A stretch of 46,246 nt of DNA from Catajapyx aquilonaris. Lineage: Eukaryota. Numbering within the stretch: position 1 is the stretch's first letter; each line of letters starts with the position of its first letter. The DNA is taken from assembly GCA_000934665.2 (NCBI GenBank), contig JYFJ02000807.1, positions 62,001 through 108,246 of the forward strand. The letters are read 5' to 3'. This document shows, piece by piece, positions 25,031 to 36,709 of this stretch. Made by a program: the position numbers and the translations under genes. The notes below the pieces were generated by a model, which had not been told where the DNA came from, made no database searches, and saw only the letters and a program-made list of their open reading frames with translations.

Positions 25031-26611
25031 TTATGTGTTCGTACCTGCGACCACATCAGGGAAGAGTGCCTTGTACGGTGGAGGAGGATCGGAATGGACT
25101 TGAGCATAGGAAGGGGGAGGGTCGTCGTGTTGGGAAGGTGGACAGATGCACTGGTCTGCAGCATCCCCCAGGTCAGTCATGTCAATTTCGACAGGCAATG
25201 GCGATTCATGGGGGAGGATGACGGTCATGTCGTCCAAGAAGGTTACTTGTGGTATGTGCCTGACAGCAGCAGAAGGTTGGGAGGAGGTCGGGAGTCTGGC
25301 TGGAGGCGGGTGGAGCCTCCTGTGGGCCATCATGTGCCGGCGGGCCTTCAGGGCCTGGCGCCACTTCACGCACACGAAGCATATGAACAGGTATAATATG
25401 GAACTACACACAAAGATGAATATCATTGGATAATACTTGCTCTCTTTCTTGAAAACATTTAACGGTTCGCCCACTTTCACCCAAGTCCTCTCTGCAATTT
25501 CAGGGGAAAATATATTACATAATAAATGTCCAATAAAATGTAAGTTACGCTGCATGCTTGAAAGACTTACCGGTGGGAAGAGGTCTGCATTCTGTGCCGA
25601 AAATGTAGTGGCCAAACGGACAGACAATTAAACATTTGACGTTTTCGTTGATACAAAGGGTATCATGAGCAGGGCATACCGTCCACGTCCCAAACTCACT
25701 GATACACCCTGGATGGAATGCAGTAAGTTAGGAAAAATTGAATGGGTTTAAGACCAGCAATGACTGTATGATGTCAAACTATCAAAACCTACACAATAAT
25801 TCAAAATGATTATTTTGTAGTCATAAAGGCTGAATATTACTTTATATCTGTATAAAATTCAATGTGATTTCTTATAAGAATTGCCTTGTGTAATAGTACC
25901 TTCAAAAGTTGTAAAGACCAGCTTCATGCTGAGGTCAACCTTTTTGAGCTCCTGACCAATTTTCAAATAAGTTTTGATGACTCCTTGAGATGTACTTTGA
26001 AACACATAGGGCGTGTGATAATCATTTCTGGGCTTGACACTTCCTGGCTTCACCAACACATCGCCGGAGTAAAGGACGGACCCACATAACGGTTCAGTCT
26101 CAAAGTTGTCACTGCCAAACTGTAGATTGAACATTATTGGTGAGTAGACTTTAGCTACAATGATTGCATACAATAGGAGACACGGTTGTTATACCTTGAC
26201 ATAATCGATGCAGCCCCTTTTCAGATCCTTTCTAAAATTTAAATCTTCCACGACAACCAACAGGCTGAAATCCTGGGGAGCTCTGACCTCAAAATAACAA
26301 GATGTGTTGTAGACGTCATGATATGCTGGCTCTATCTTGCTACTAGTCAACTGCACTGTGATGCCACTATAACCCTCTGGGAATGTCAAGGTGCGTCGGG
26401 TCACTGAGTTGGACACCTGACATATATCACTTACAAACTCTGCAATAATTATGTTCACATTATTATCAGATTAGAACAAACCTCAATAACAAAATGTGCC
26501 ACAAAAATGCCTTTTCAAACTGATATTGTACTTGCCAGTCTCGTATGCGTACTTGTCGGATTCAGCTCTGTGAATTACCAGAATGACCATGAGTATGTAA
26601 GTGAGCCTCAT
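25031..26611 (-). CDS. CUB-like/LDLa-like PY-motif membrane protein, paralogue D
   Basis: Exons 26611-26536 (GC donor gcaagt), 26439-26195, 26119-25900, 25708-25571, 25491-25031; TM MIFIFVCSSILYLFICFVCV; PPPSY..PPPPYKALFP. Confidence 0.85.
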
Positions 26612-27426
26612 GACCTGGAGTTCGTAGTCCTGTGATCCACATTGGTGTGAGAGTCGTCATTTGCAAAAATCTTTAAACAGCTACTGAGCATGGGCAGTCA
26701 CGTGGACGAGTCGACTTTGGTCCAAGGACGCCATATTTGGTCCCGAGTTTGCTATTCGGTATAGGCTACGTCTCACTGAATTGTCAGAAGCATGATCTAA
26801 TTCGGAAAACTGGGTGCTTAATTGCGTGTCGTAGGGTATTTAACACATTAATTATCCGTGATATCCATAATACTGAGTCGACATTTTCTGTGGCGAAACA
26901 TGCGCAATTTCATCTTCTGCTGTAGCCTCGGTTATATGCCAGTCTAACCTCTAAAATGGAATGAGCGAGTGAAACAATGGCGTCAGACATCAGCACCATT
27001 TATTAGTAGTTGTAAGGAATGATAAAAATTTAAAATAACAATCTACAATAAAACTTGTAGCGCAAATGGCTTATAAACAATTAATGATCAATATTTTCTT
27101 TAAAAAGAATTTATGAAACTCATATACGTACACTATATTGTTAGTGACATTATACGCCTCGCATTACGCTTCCACGAACCATAACATAAAATGTTTATTT
27201 CATGACACGAACAATTTGTTATTAACATGAAATTGCATAAGAATAATGCACATACCACTGTTCTGCACACCACTTTAAAGGAAGACACGATTATTTTTAA
27301 AAAATCAGATAAAATTTGCAATATGCAATACAAATTTCATGTTGAACTTCTGATAACGTAACAATAACAACGACTAATGAAAATGCTCTCTGGACTTTTT
27401 TTTCCACCTGTTTCACTTCTGTTGAA

Positions 27427-29177
27427 TCATTTGCTTGAGTTTGAACGGGCTACTACATCAGGAAAGAGTGACTCGTAAGACGGGGGAGGATTGTTGCCAG
27501 GGCCTTGAGCATAACTGGGAGGACTCTCCTGCCTTGGACAAGATCCTTCTTCATCCAAGGCTGTGTTTCCACCACTCATTGGCAAAGGAGGCTCGGGCAA
27601 TACGACTACAGTTACATCATCAAAGCGAGTAACTCGTATCGGATTGCTTCCGTCCGATTGCGGACGATGTATGATCTGCTGGGGCCTTCTATTCACCAGT
27701 ATATCTCTTGGCGTCATCAGCAACTGGCGGTTTGAGTTCAGAAAGACACGTGTGCACACTCGGGCACAGGCGAAGCAGGAGAATGCATAGAGGACACAAT
27801 ACAAAACAATGACAGAGAACTGCCTCTCGTAAGAATGGACACGGGGGTGTCTCGTAGGTCTACCTGAAAGTAATGCAGGGGGTTACATCAGTGTTTTGGT
27901 CATATACAGCAGCTACAGAGAACAAGCTAGATGGCTACGAATTTTTTTGTAGCATCTATTCTGTTAAGCTAAAGTACCAGTTCCACAAATTAAGCAGCTT
28001 CTCTATTTTCTCAATTCTACAGAAATTCTACAGAGGTGTTCCACATGGACCCCAGCCCCTCAGGTATTCAATTTCTTCCCAAATGTTATCCAAATGTTTC
28101 TTCGTCGCATTACTATCTCTGCTGTATCGTTTACATTTTTTGGCTTAAAATTCCGGTGGCTGTTGGACGCCCTTGTTGGAACACATACTCAGAGGCGTAC
28201 TTACTGGTTGGAAAAGGTTTGCATTCCTTTCCGACGCTGTAGTAACCTCGGCCACATTCAACATTACACTTTAAATGTTCATTGATGCAAATGGTGTCAT
28301 ACGCTGTGCACGAATTCCAGTTGTCAAACTCATCTGCACAACCTGAAGAAGTGGAGTTCATGGTTATGTATATTCGTGTCCATAGCTCACTTATCTAAAA
28401 TTCCACAAACCTTCAAACGCGGTGAAGACCAGCTTTAGATTCATCTTCTTGGTTACCTCCAGGTACTCTGAGAGTGTCTCTGGCCTTGGTCCAACTTTCA
28501 AGTGGACCTGGATAACTCCTTGCGATGTATCTTGGAAGATGTGCTGGGCCATGTGGTCACCCATCTCTGGTTGGAGGCGACCTGGTTTTACCAGGAGGTT
28601 TCCAGAATGGGAGATGTTGCCACACAACATTTCAGTCTCTAGGTTGTCCTTGCCCCCAAACTGTGTTGGTAAATTGTGAAGAAAACGCAAGAAAATTAAT
28701 CGCACTAAATGTTGGATCGTAGCCAAACAATCCGGAGCTTCGTCTAAATGACACACATTTTTAGTATTATGGTCATACAGTACCTGTAAGTAATCGATGC
28801 ATACGCCGTCCTGTTCTCTCCGTAACGACATCTCTGCCAGGATGACGAATATGTGGAATCCGATAGGTGCTTCGACCTCAAATTTACACGACGTGTTGTA
28901 GACATGGTGTAACATGAGATTAATGGGTATAAATTGCAACGTGATCCCAACATATCCGTCAGGCACTCGAACTGTCTGAAGTTCGCCGCTTATGCGACAT
29001 ACATCACTAATGAAATCTGGAACAGCAGTAGCTTATATCAGAAGGTTAGGTCCCACCACAAAAATGCGGCGAATGAGGTCAAAATGTAACTTCACACTTA
29101 CAGTTTCGGTACTGGTACCTGTCAGATGTGGTGCTGGCAATAATGGCAATCAAAATGAGTATAAATGTGTGTATCAT
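27427..29177 (-). CDS. CUB-like/LDLa-like PY-motif membrane protein, paralogue E
   Basis: Exons 29177-29102, 29016-28784, 28660-28411, 28342-28205, 27863-27427; TM FSVIVLYCVLYAFSCFACA; SPPSY..PPPSYESLFP. Confidence 0.86.
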
Positions 29178-29911
29178 GGCACTGAATCCCGAATCTTTGC
29201 ATCCACGTTGATGCCAGGGCCATGGTAAAATCATTAAATGCTACTGAGCATGGGCCGATTCCAATGTCACGTGGGGAAATCAAATGCAGAGTGATGAACG
29301 CGTATGGGCTCTCGCGGGTTCTGGTCTGGAGCCATCTTGAATCCACCACCATCATGCTTTGGTTTTGATCGACGAGAATAGAGAGCTCGAAAATTGTCAA
29401 TAATTATGAAAAAAGTTCATCCTATCTTCGATAATAGTCTCTTTCTGTGTATCCCTTGGAGATTCATGCTACACCATGCCATCAAATAGTTGTCATCCTT
29501 ATGTAAGAAGTGCTTCTTTGTCAAATACATTATTGTAGTGACCTGTTGCCTTAAGGCATTAAAGTACTGTACCAAATAGGCTAATCATCTCCATCTTCTC
29601 CTCTTCCAGGATGTTTCATTTTATTCTGACATTTTATTTACCGCGAGACATAACTGCAGAAAAATCGCAGCAGAATTACTAGAAACATCCGATACTGACA
29701 AACTTTATGTCGTCTTATCCTGGCACTGCTGGCTGTGCCTCTCTGCAATATTCTGCTGGGAACTGATGGCAATAAAACGTTCTTACACACTACAAAAATG
29801 GTCCTGAGTCACATGATAATGAGATTTTATTTCACCATGTATATAACACGACAATAAGAATGAAATATGCTGAAAAAGACATTTTGACACATTTCAAGCA
29901 ATGGTATGACC

Positions 29912-31532
29912 TCACTGTGTCTGAGACACTTCGGGTTTTGAGAAAAGGGAAGAATACGATGGCGGAGAATTGCTAGTAACTTGTCCATAAGACGGGGGAA
30001 GATCTTCGCTAAAAGGCTGACTCGTTTCATTTCTATTAACTGGCGTGTTAGCTCTCACTATCAAGACCGGATCCGGTATGTTGACAAAAGTAGTTTCAGC
30101 AAAGACATGGATATGAATCGGACTAAGTATTTGCGCCTGTTGTTGCGACAGCTGAACCTGTGGCCGTGACTGCTGAGAAGAATATATGACTTGAAAAGGC
30201 CTAGCAAGGAAAGCAAAAAAACGATGCGCCATTAATTTGTAATTGGAATTAAAGCAGAAACGTGACCAGAGTTTGATGCAGCAAGAGAGCACACCAATGA
30301 GAGGTAGACAGTACAATATAAGGCAAGTAAAAATTGTTAAAATCACATCAAATATTGCCTTGCCAGAATAGGCAGCGTACTGGATTCGGTCAGTCTTCGC
30401 TGTAGTTACATCAAGCAAAGGCATGGAAGAATATGTGTTGACAGGATGGACTTGGGGAGGTTTGCCTGTAATGTAGCGTAACGGTATTTTTAAATGCATA
30501 TTAAAAAGACAATTATTCTACGAATACTTGCCGGTAGGAAATAGCCCACTGCATTTTTTATAAAAGCCATCTTCAGTTTGTCCACAGCTGATGTCACATC
30601 TGAGTTGATTGTTGATGCAAAAGGTGTCATACCCGGCGCATGTATGCCACTTATCAAAGCCGTTAATTGGGCAGTCTGTAAATACAGTTCCTGCATTAGC
30701 TGTGCGTACCTACCTGTTGCTTAGTGTATGTGCCAATAATGCGACTTTTCGAATTACAAAATCCAACATCGTAGCTGTTGCAATGATTTTTGAACACAAT
30801 GATTCTGTAATTACATGCGAAGCACAACTACCTTAATAATAGAAAGCTTACCTTTAAAAGCTGTTACTACTATTGTTAGATTCCAGGATGATTCCTTTGT
30901 CCTGAGGTGAGGTCCAATTTTCAAATAAATTTGGATAGCCCCACTCGTGGTGTCTTGGTACATGTTTTGGGCAGTGGATCCTGCTTCTGGCAGCAGAAGT
31001 TGGCCTGGCTTCACTAGAATGTGGCCGGGATGGGGCATTTCGCCACACGAAGGTTCAGTCTCAAGCTTGTCCTTGCGACCAAACTGTCCCGAAATATAAG
31101 TGTCAATTTAAGGAGCTAATAATCCATTTTAAAACTCATACCTGTATGTAATCTATGCACTCGCCGTTCTTTTGTTTTCGTAGGCCCATCTCTTCAGCAA
31201 TAACGAAAAGGTTGTGACCTTTGGGACCTTCGATCACAAACTTGCAAGAGGTGTTGTATACATGTCTCAGAGTACGTTTGTTGTATCTAAATCTCACTAT
31301 AACTCCACTGTAGCCATCGGGCACCCTCATTGTTGTGTTAAACTGGCTGGTAACCGGACATACACCTTTGCCAGTAAAATCTATAACGTGATAGGAGAAA
31401 CATGATTTGCTGCAACAGGTGGTGGTTTTCTGGTAAATACTTACAGTCCCAGTGCAGGTACATGTCAGATGATCTTATGCTTGCCAAGCAAGTAGTAATA
31501 ATAAAAACCATTTCCGGAAATCTGTGCTTCAT
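29912..31532 (-). CDS. CUB-like/LDLa-like PY-motif membrane protein, paralogue F
   Basis: Exons 31532-31445, 31380-31142, 31083-30852, 30675-30532 (GC donor gcaagt), 30465-29912; TM VILTIFTCLILYCLPLIGVLSCCI; LPPSY..SPPSYSSLF. Confidence 0.85.
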
Positions 31533-32353
31533 GGCACTCGCTTGGTATCCGTGGGGTCCATGTTGATGCTGCGGCCATTTCCAAATCAATAAAGCAAAGC
31601 TGGGCATGGGCAATGGAGTCTGACGCCAAAGAAAGAGATACGTGTATTTTCTATTCTGCTTATGTAAAGGCATTAGCAGGATCTCATAAGGACTACTTTG
31701 GCGAGCAATTTATATTTGACTTGTCAGTTATTTAAATGCATTATAATTTTTTGAGGACATACTCTGCCTCGGAATGTAGGTCGCCAGGGTAAGTTGAATT
31801 TCCTTCTCACAGACGAACTGAACACTTTTGTGCCATTGACAGCAACAGTGAGCCTAACAGTTTGGTGGACGACGTCCTGCGATAATGTACCTTCTCCAAC
31901 GGAACTTTTCCCCAAGAATCGCCACACATATACCCATAGCTAAGCTCTTGATGTAGCTCATGCGTCTAGCGGCATGGTATATTATAGCTTACGTATATGT
32001 AGACCTACCGGTACTAGTACAGTAACAATGTTTTTGATAAGTCATAGTTAAGTTGTTTTTTTTTACAAGCGTTGGAAGCAATTTATGAATTTCAATAACA
32101 CCCTAAGATTTGATAAAAACGTTTATTTATGTTTTATGGGTTGATATACACGATAAAAAATTTATAAACTTAGGAATAGGAGTAAGTGTAAAAGTCTAAA
32201 CAGAGGGCATTAACAATATAGACCTGCTCTCTGCAATAGACGGTTTTGATATTATAATAAACAGATGTGTAAACATCAGCCTATATAACCTTACTGGCAT
32301 TTTGTAGACATGTCTGTGACACATGTGAAACACTCTAAGCGACTGAAGTGAAC

Positions 32354-34528
32354 TCAGTGAGCTTCTCCTCCTCCTCCCTGAGACGGTTCATGCTGGTCCT
32401 TGTCAGATGCTGCTGCCTCCACAGATTTTTGCTCTGTGTCCTCCGGCGGGTTGGCTTCAGCAGTGGCTTCTTGCTGCTGCCCGCCACTCTTTGTGCTGCT
32501 GCTATCAGGTGCTACTGGAGGCGCTTCCTTGTCCTTCTCGGAGGAGCCAACCGACGAAGAGTCCGAATCGACCTCGACCTCGACCTCATCCTCAGCGGTG
32601 GAGGTCTGCTGGAAGGCGACGAGGGAGGGCTTGAATTTGGAGTCGATCGACATGAGGATCCTGCTGCTGGCCTTCTTCCGAGACAGGTCCTGGTCCGCCT
32701 CCTGGTCGTAAGGGTTGTCGTCCCATCCCAGCCTAGTCAAAACATCTTCTTCGGCATCCCACAGGGCACGCAGCTTGGAGTGGTCTGCACCTTCTATGTC
32801 CTTCACGTACGCCTTGGTCATCTGGCGCTCGTACTCACGGACCTTCTTCCTCTCAGGTGCAGTGAACTTGGGCAACCTGAACCCGTACTCTTTGGCATCA
32901 GTCCGGAGCTCATTCCTCCTGAACCTGTCGAGGCGCCTCTTCTCCTGCCTCTTCTCCTGTCGCAGCATTCGGGCGTCCTCCTTCTCCGGTTTGGGCAGCT
33001 TGGTCCTGACGAAGTGGACCAAGGTATCCTCCTCCTGGTCCTTCCTATTCGCCCTGTCTGCCAGCATCTCCTGCCTCTTCACCTTGCGGTGCTGATCCCT
33101 GTTCTGACTTAGAACCTCGTTGCCCATGTACACGTTCTCCTCTCCGGCTCCGCACAGACGGAGGTCCAAGAACTCGAGGGTGGTGTTCTGGCGGACGCCA
33201 CTCAGCAAGGCCTCTCCCGCCTTGGTACCCATCAAATTCCCAGACAAGTCCAGAGAGAGGAGGGTCTTGTTGTGGGTCAGGGCTCGGCCAAAGTCCTGCC
33301 CGCCGCCGCTTCCGAACCGGTTGCAGGTCAGGTTCAACTCCAGCAGATGCTTGTTGCGGGACAGTCCCACGGCCAGGCTGGTGGCACCCGCCTCCCCGAT
33401 GCAGTTCAGGCGGAGGTTCAGGGACTCCATCTTCACCACCGTGATGGTCAGCATATGGGCCAAGGCCTTGGCACCCGAGCATCCGATGCCGTTGTTGGTC
33501 AGGTCTAACACCTTGACGCTGGGCATGAACATGATGGCCTTGGCCAGCACCTCGGTCCCCTTGTCCTCCAGTCGATTGTGCGACAGGTCGATGACGGCCA
33601 GGACCGACATGGGCAGCAGCCCCTCTGCCAGGATGACCATGTGGTTGGGCTCCAGCCTGCTCCTGGCTACCCGCAGAGACCGGAGTTGGTCTTTCTTCTT
33701 CTCCAGAGCCACGTTCAGATTCCTCATGTCGTTCGCGGTCACGTCGAAGAGGCGCCAGGCAAAGTCTGTCCCGCATCTCTTGGCCCCGAATCTGACTGTC
33801 AGATCCTCCAGCTTGGGTAACTTTGTCAGAACCGAGGTCAGGTCGATGTGGTCGTTGACAATCTGCCTCAGCTCCGTCACACTGGGGTCTGATCCCCAAG
33901 ACTTCTTGTCGGTGGTGGGCAAGAGCTGGTTCAGCTGGAGTCGCACCACCACCTCCTTACACAGGTCGACCAGGTAGACCAGGTCGTCCAAACTGTCCTG
34001 TGCAGGGGTGTACGACTCGATGGCCTCTGCCAGGAAACGCTCCTTGGCATACCGGCACCACTCCACCTCCCCGTGCTTCGACATGTCGCACGAGATCCAC
34101 TTGGCCTTCGAGTATCGCTTCCAAAAGTGGTCGTCCGAGATGTGAGTGGCCAGCAGAGGGAAGGGCAAGTCCAAGGGAAGAATATCCATCAGGTAGTCCG
34201 CATCCTTCGGAACCATCTTGCCCACCACGGTGGGACCCCCTACCAAGGCTGCCAATATCAGAAATTTATCATGCAATAATTAAAAACTCGGTCATCTCCA
34301 TCATTACAATAATACCTGGAGAGGGCTGCATGTCAACTCACCTATAATATGGAAGTTATTTGAAATAGCTTCGACGCACAGCTCTGAGAGCCTGGAAGGC
34401 ATCTTTTCGTCCCAGTAAGGGTTGTCGCACACAATGCCATGTGTCATGTCCACCGAGTGCCTGACCCCTTCCGGGTTGGCCGAGTGGATTCGGATGGTCG
34501 GGCGAGGAACTGTGTGGGGGATCCTCAT
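32354..34528 (-). CDS. TCTE1: Dynein regulatory complex subunit 5 (TCTE1/DRC5), leucine-rich repeat protein
   Basis: Exons 34528-34342 (..LSELCVEAISNNF, donor gtgagt) and 34248-32354. DRC5-typical N-terminal block LPLDLPFPLLATHISDDHFWKR..W..ERFL, then GTDFAWRLF, then RI-type LRRs (IDLSHNRL, LDLTNNGI, LNLRLNCI, LDLSGNLM, LDLRLC). Confidence 0.9.
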
Positions 34529-35105
34529 CTTCACTCACTCTATTGTACTCTTCTTTCCAAAGAAAGGTTCGGTGGTTTGTGCTGACGAAGATAAGCAGCT
34601 GGTCACCCACAGAGGGAGACAGAGATTATCGCTGGAACACAGTCCGTCCTTTTCCTCTTGGTATATAAACAACTAAGGTTGCTGTGGCAATGCCCATATT
34701 TTCACCAGGCCTTCACCTTCTCCCACCATATATAAAAAATAAACAAGCATTATATTGTTATAATATGTGGTATACTGATCCTGCCAGTTATACCGCCCGT
34801 ACAGTACTGTACAGTACTGTACGACAAGGGTGAAGTTGCATATCAACCAGGATGAATGAGTTGAACCAAGAGCTGTTATTATACACCCAATTGCGCTGCG
34901 CATGGTTATGACACGGGCCAACGGGGAGGTGGCCAAGGATGACCTCGGAGGTCAAGTCCAATGTGCTAAAACCTGCCTAGTTACTACTACCCCTAATGAT
35001 CACCCTGGTGCATATGTCAAGGCCTCCGTATTGATTTTCATCTCGAACGTATACAGACAGACATACGTCTTGAAATATGTAGTAGAAGATACTGCAACTT
35101 GTATA

Positions 35106-36050
35106 GGTACCTGCACCAAATAAGGCCCACCTAACAGATAACAATTTTTCACCAGTCCCAGTGAACGTTGAGCACTTATTTGACTGCATGGACAGATACA
35201 TCACATAATAATGCACAAGTCAATATATATCCGTGTATGCTGGAATCCATATCCTTCGGCTGACAGCCTGCTTAGTAAAGTGTTACAGATGGGCCTTATT
35301 AAGACCATAGGTCCCAAATAAGGCCCACGTAAGTCCGCCACCATTGCAAGTCCTATTTCTCACGTTTCACAATCTGGACACAGAAACTGCTCCTTATATC
35401 TTCTGCTGTAAGACCCACGCAGTCTTCCTGGACCCAGGTTAGACAAGAAAATAATGACCTCCGCATGTCCCTCACATCATCCTCATGGCATACGGAGCTA
35501 TACCAACACATTTTGCTGATGGTGGACAGTCAATCGACAGCCTTTCTCGTCCATATTGTAGATTTTTTCGGGTCTGGTTGTCCCTGCATGTCTTCTAAAG
35601 TTTGCTTAAATGTTTGAAAGTAGTCAAGTCTAATAAGGCCCACCACGATGTTGACTGGGCCTTATTAGGAACGCAGTAGCCTTTCAGCAAGTGACCTGTA
35701 GTACCTAAAGGGAACTGATTTAATCATATGTGCCACTACGATAGCTATCCTCAGTCGCTCAGGTGTCTGTACGTACTGTACCATTACACAGGCGTAGGAC
35801 ATCGCGCTTGTCTTGTATCTAGGCTTTTCTCAGGCGCAAAATTACAACGCAGCTGTTTTTCTGGCCTCTCGATAATGACTGGCAAAATTCATGGACCTAT
35901 GTGTCCTGCACGAGCGTTCCATCTACCGAACTGTACTCACTTTTTGATGCTTAATCGACCCCTGCATGCCATTTTGCGTTACGACCGCAATTAACAGAGA
36001 TATAAAAACTGGGCCTTATTGGGAGCTGGGCCTTATTTGGTGCAGGTACC
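35106..36050. mobile_element. Non-autonomous TIR transposon with internal AATAAGGCCC repeats
   Basis: TIRs ggtacctgcaccaaataaggccca / tgggccttatttggtgcaggtacc; the motif aataaggccc/gggccttatt recurs about 7 times. Confidence 0.8.
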
Positions 36051-36709
36051 TTTTAGTTGTATCATATCATTATCCACTTTTGGATTCATCTACAAGGCTA
36101 TGGCAGTGTGGACTCTGATAAAGAATGCTCTTTCTACATGAAGGAAGGGAAGTCAACATGTGCAAGTGCAACATGTGCAGCAGGAGTACGAGCCCACTTG
36201 GATTTTAAAATATTTGCGTCTTCCTTCGGAGGGGAATAGTAAAGCCGTCGTCAGTCCCGTGTGCTTGTGACATTGAGCGAGTGCACGTTAAAGATCCCCA
36301 GAGTGGCCAAATTTCCAGGAGGAGGACCACCCCCTGGCGTAGGTGTTTAGCCTTAGCAGCAGCAAGACATTGGTTTATGGGAAGCAGCGGGAAGCAGTGT
36401 GTGACACTCTCTTCCTGCAGATGTCGCGTCGGTGGCCCCATTGGATCATCCTTGCACGCCCGTGACGTCACGATTTAAAATGAAGCGCATTAAATCGAAA
36501 ATTAAATCCTGGAGCCACTTCCGCCCTGCCGCAACTCTCCTAATTGCAGATGACACGCGGCCAAAATAGATTGTGAGAATTTGAGGTCCAGAGGCGGCGG
36601 GCACGACACATCCTGGGTGTCAGCTGGAAGGCACTGGCATTTTGGTGGCAGTGGGTGCCATGCATTTGTTGGGTGCAGTACTGCAGTCCAGGGGTGTCCC
36701 ACCAGTACA

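Noticed and set aside
14775..31532. Repeating units as a CRISPR-like or prokaryotic system
   Set aside because: The units are spliced protein-coding paralogues with spliceosomal introns; there is no repeat-spacer array.
32348..33977. Long + strand and alternative-frame ORFs (254, 285, 284 aa) overlapping DRC5
   Set aside because: Expected shadow ORFs of a GC3-rich coding sequence; no recognisable protein features.
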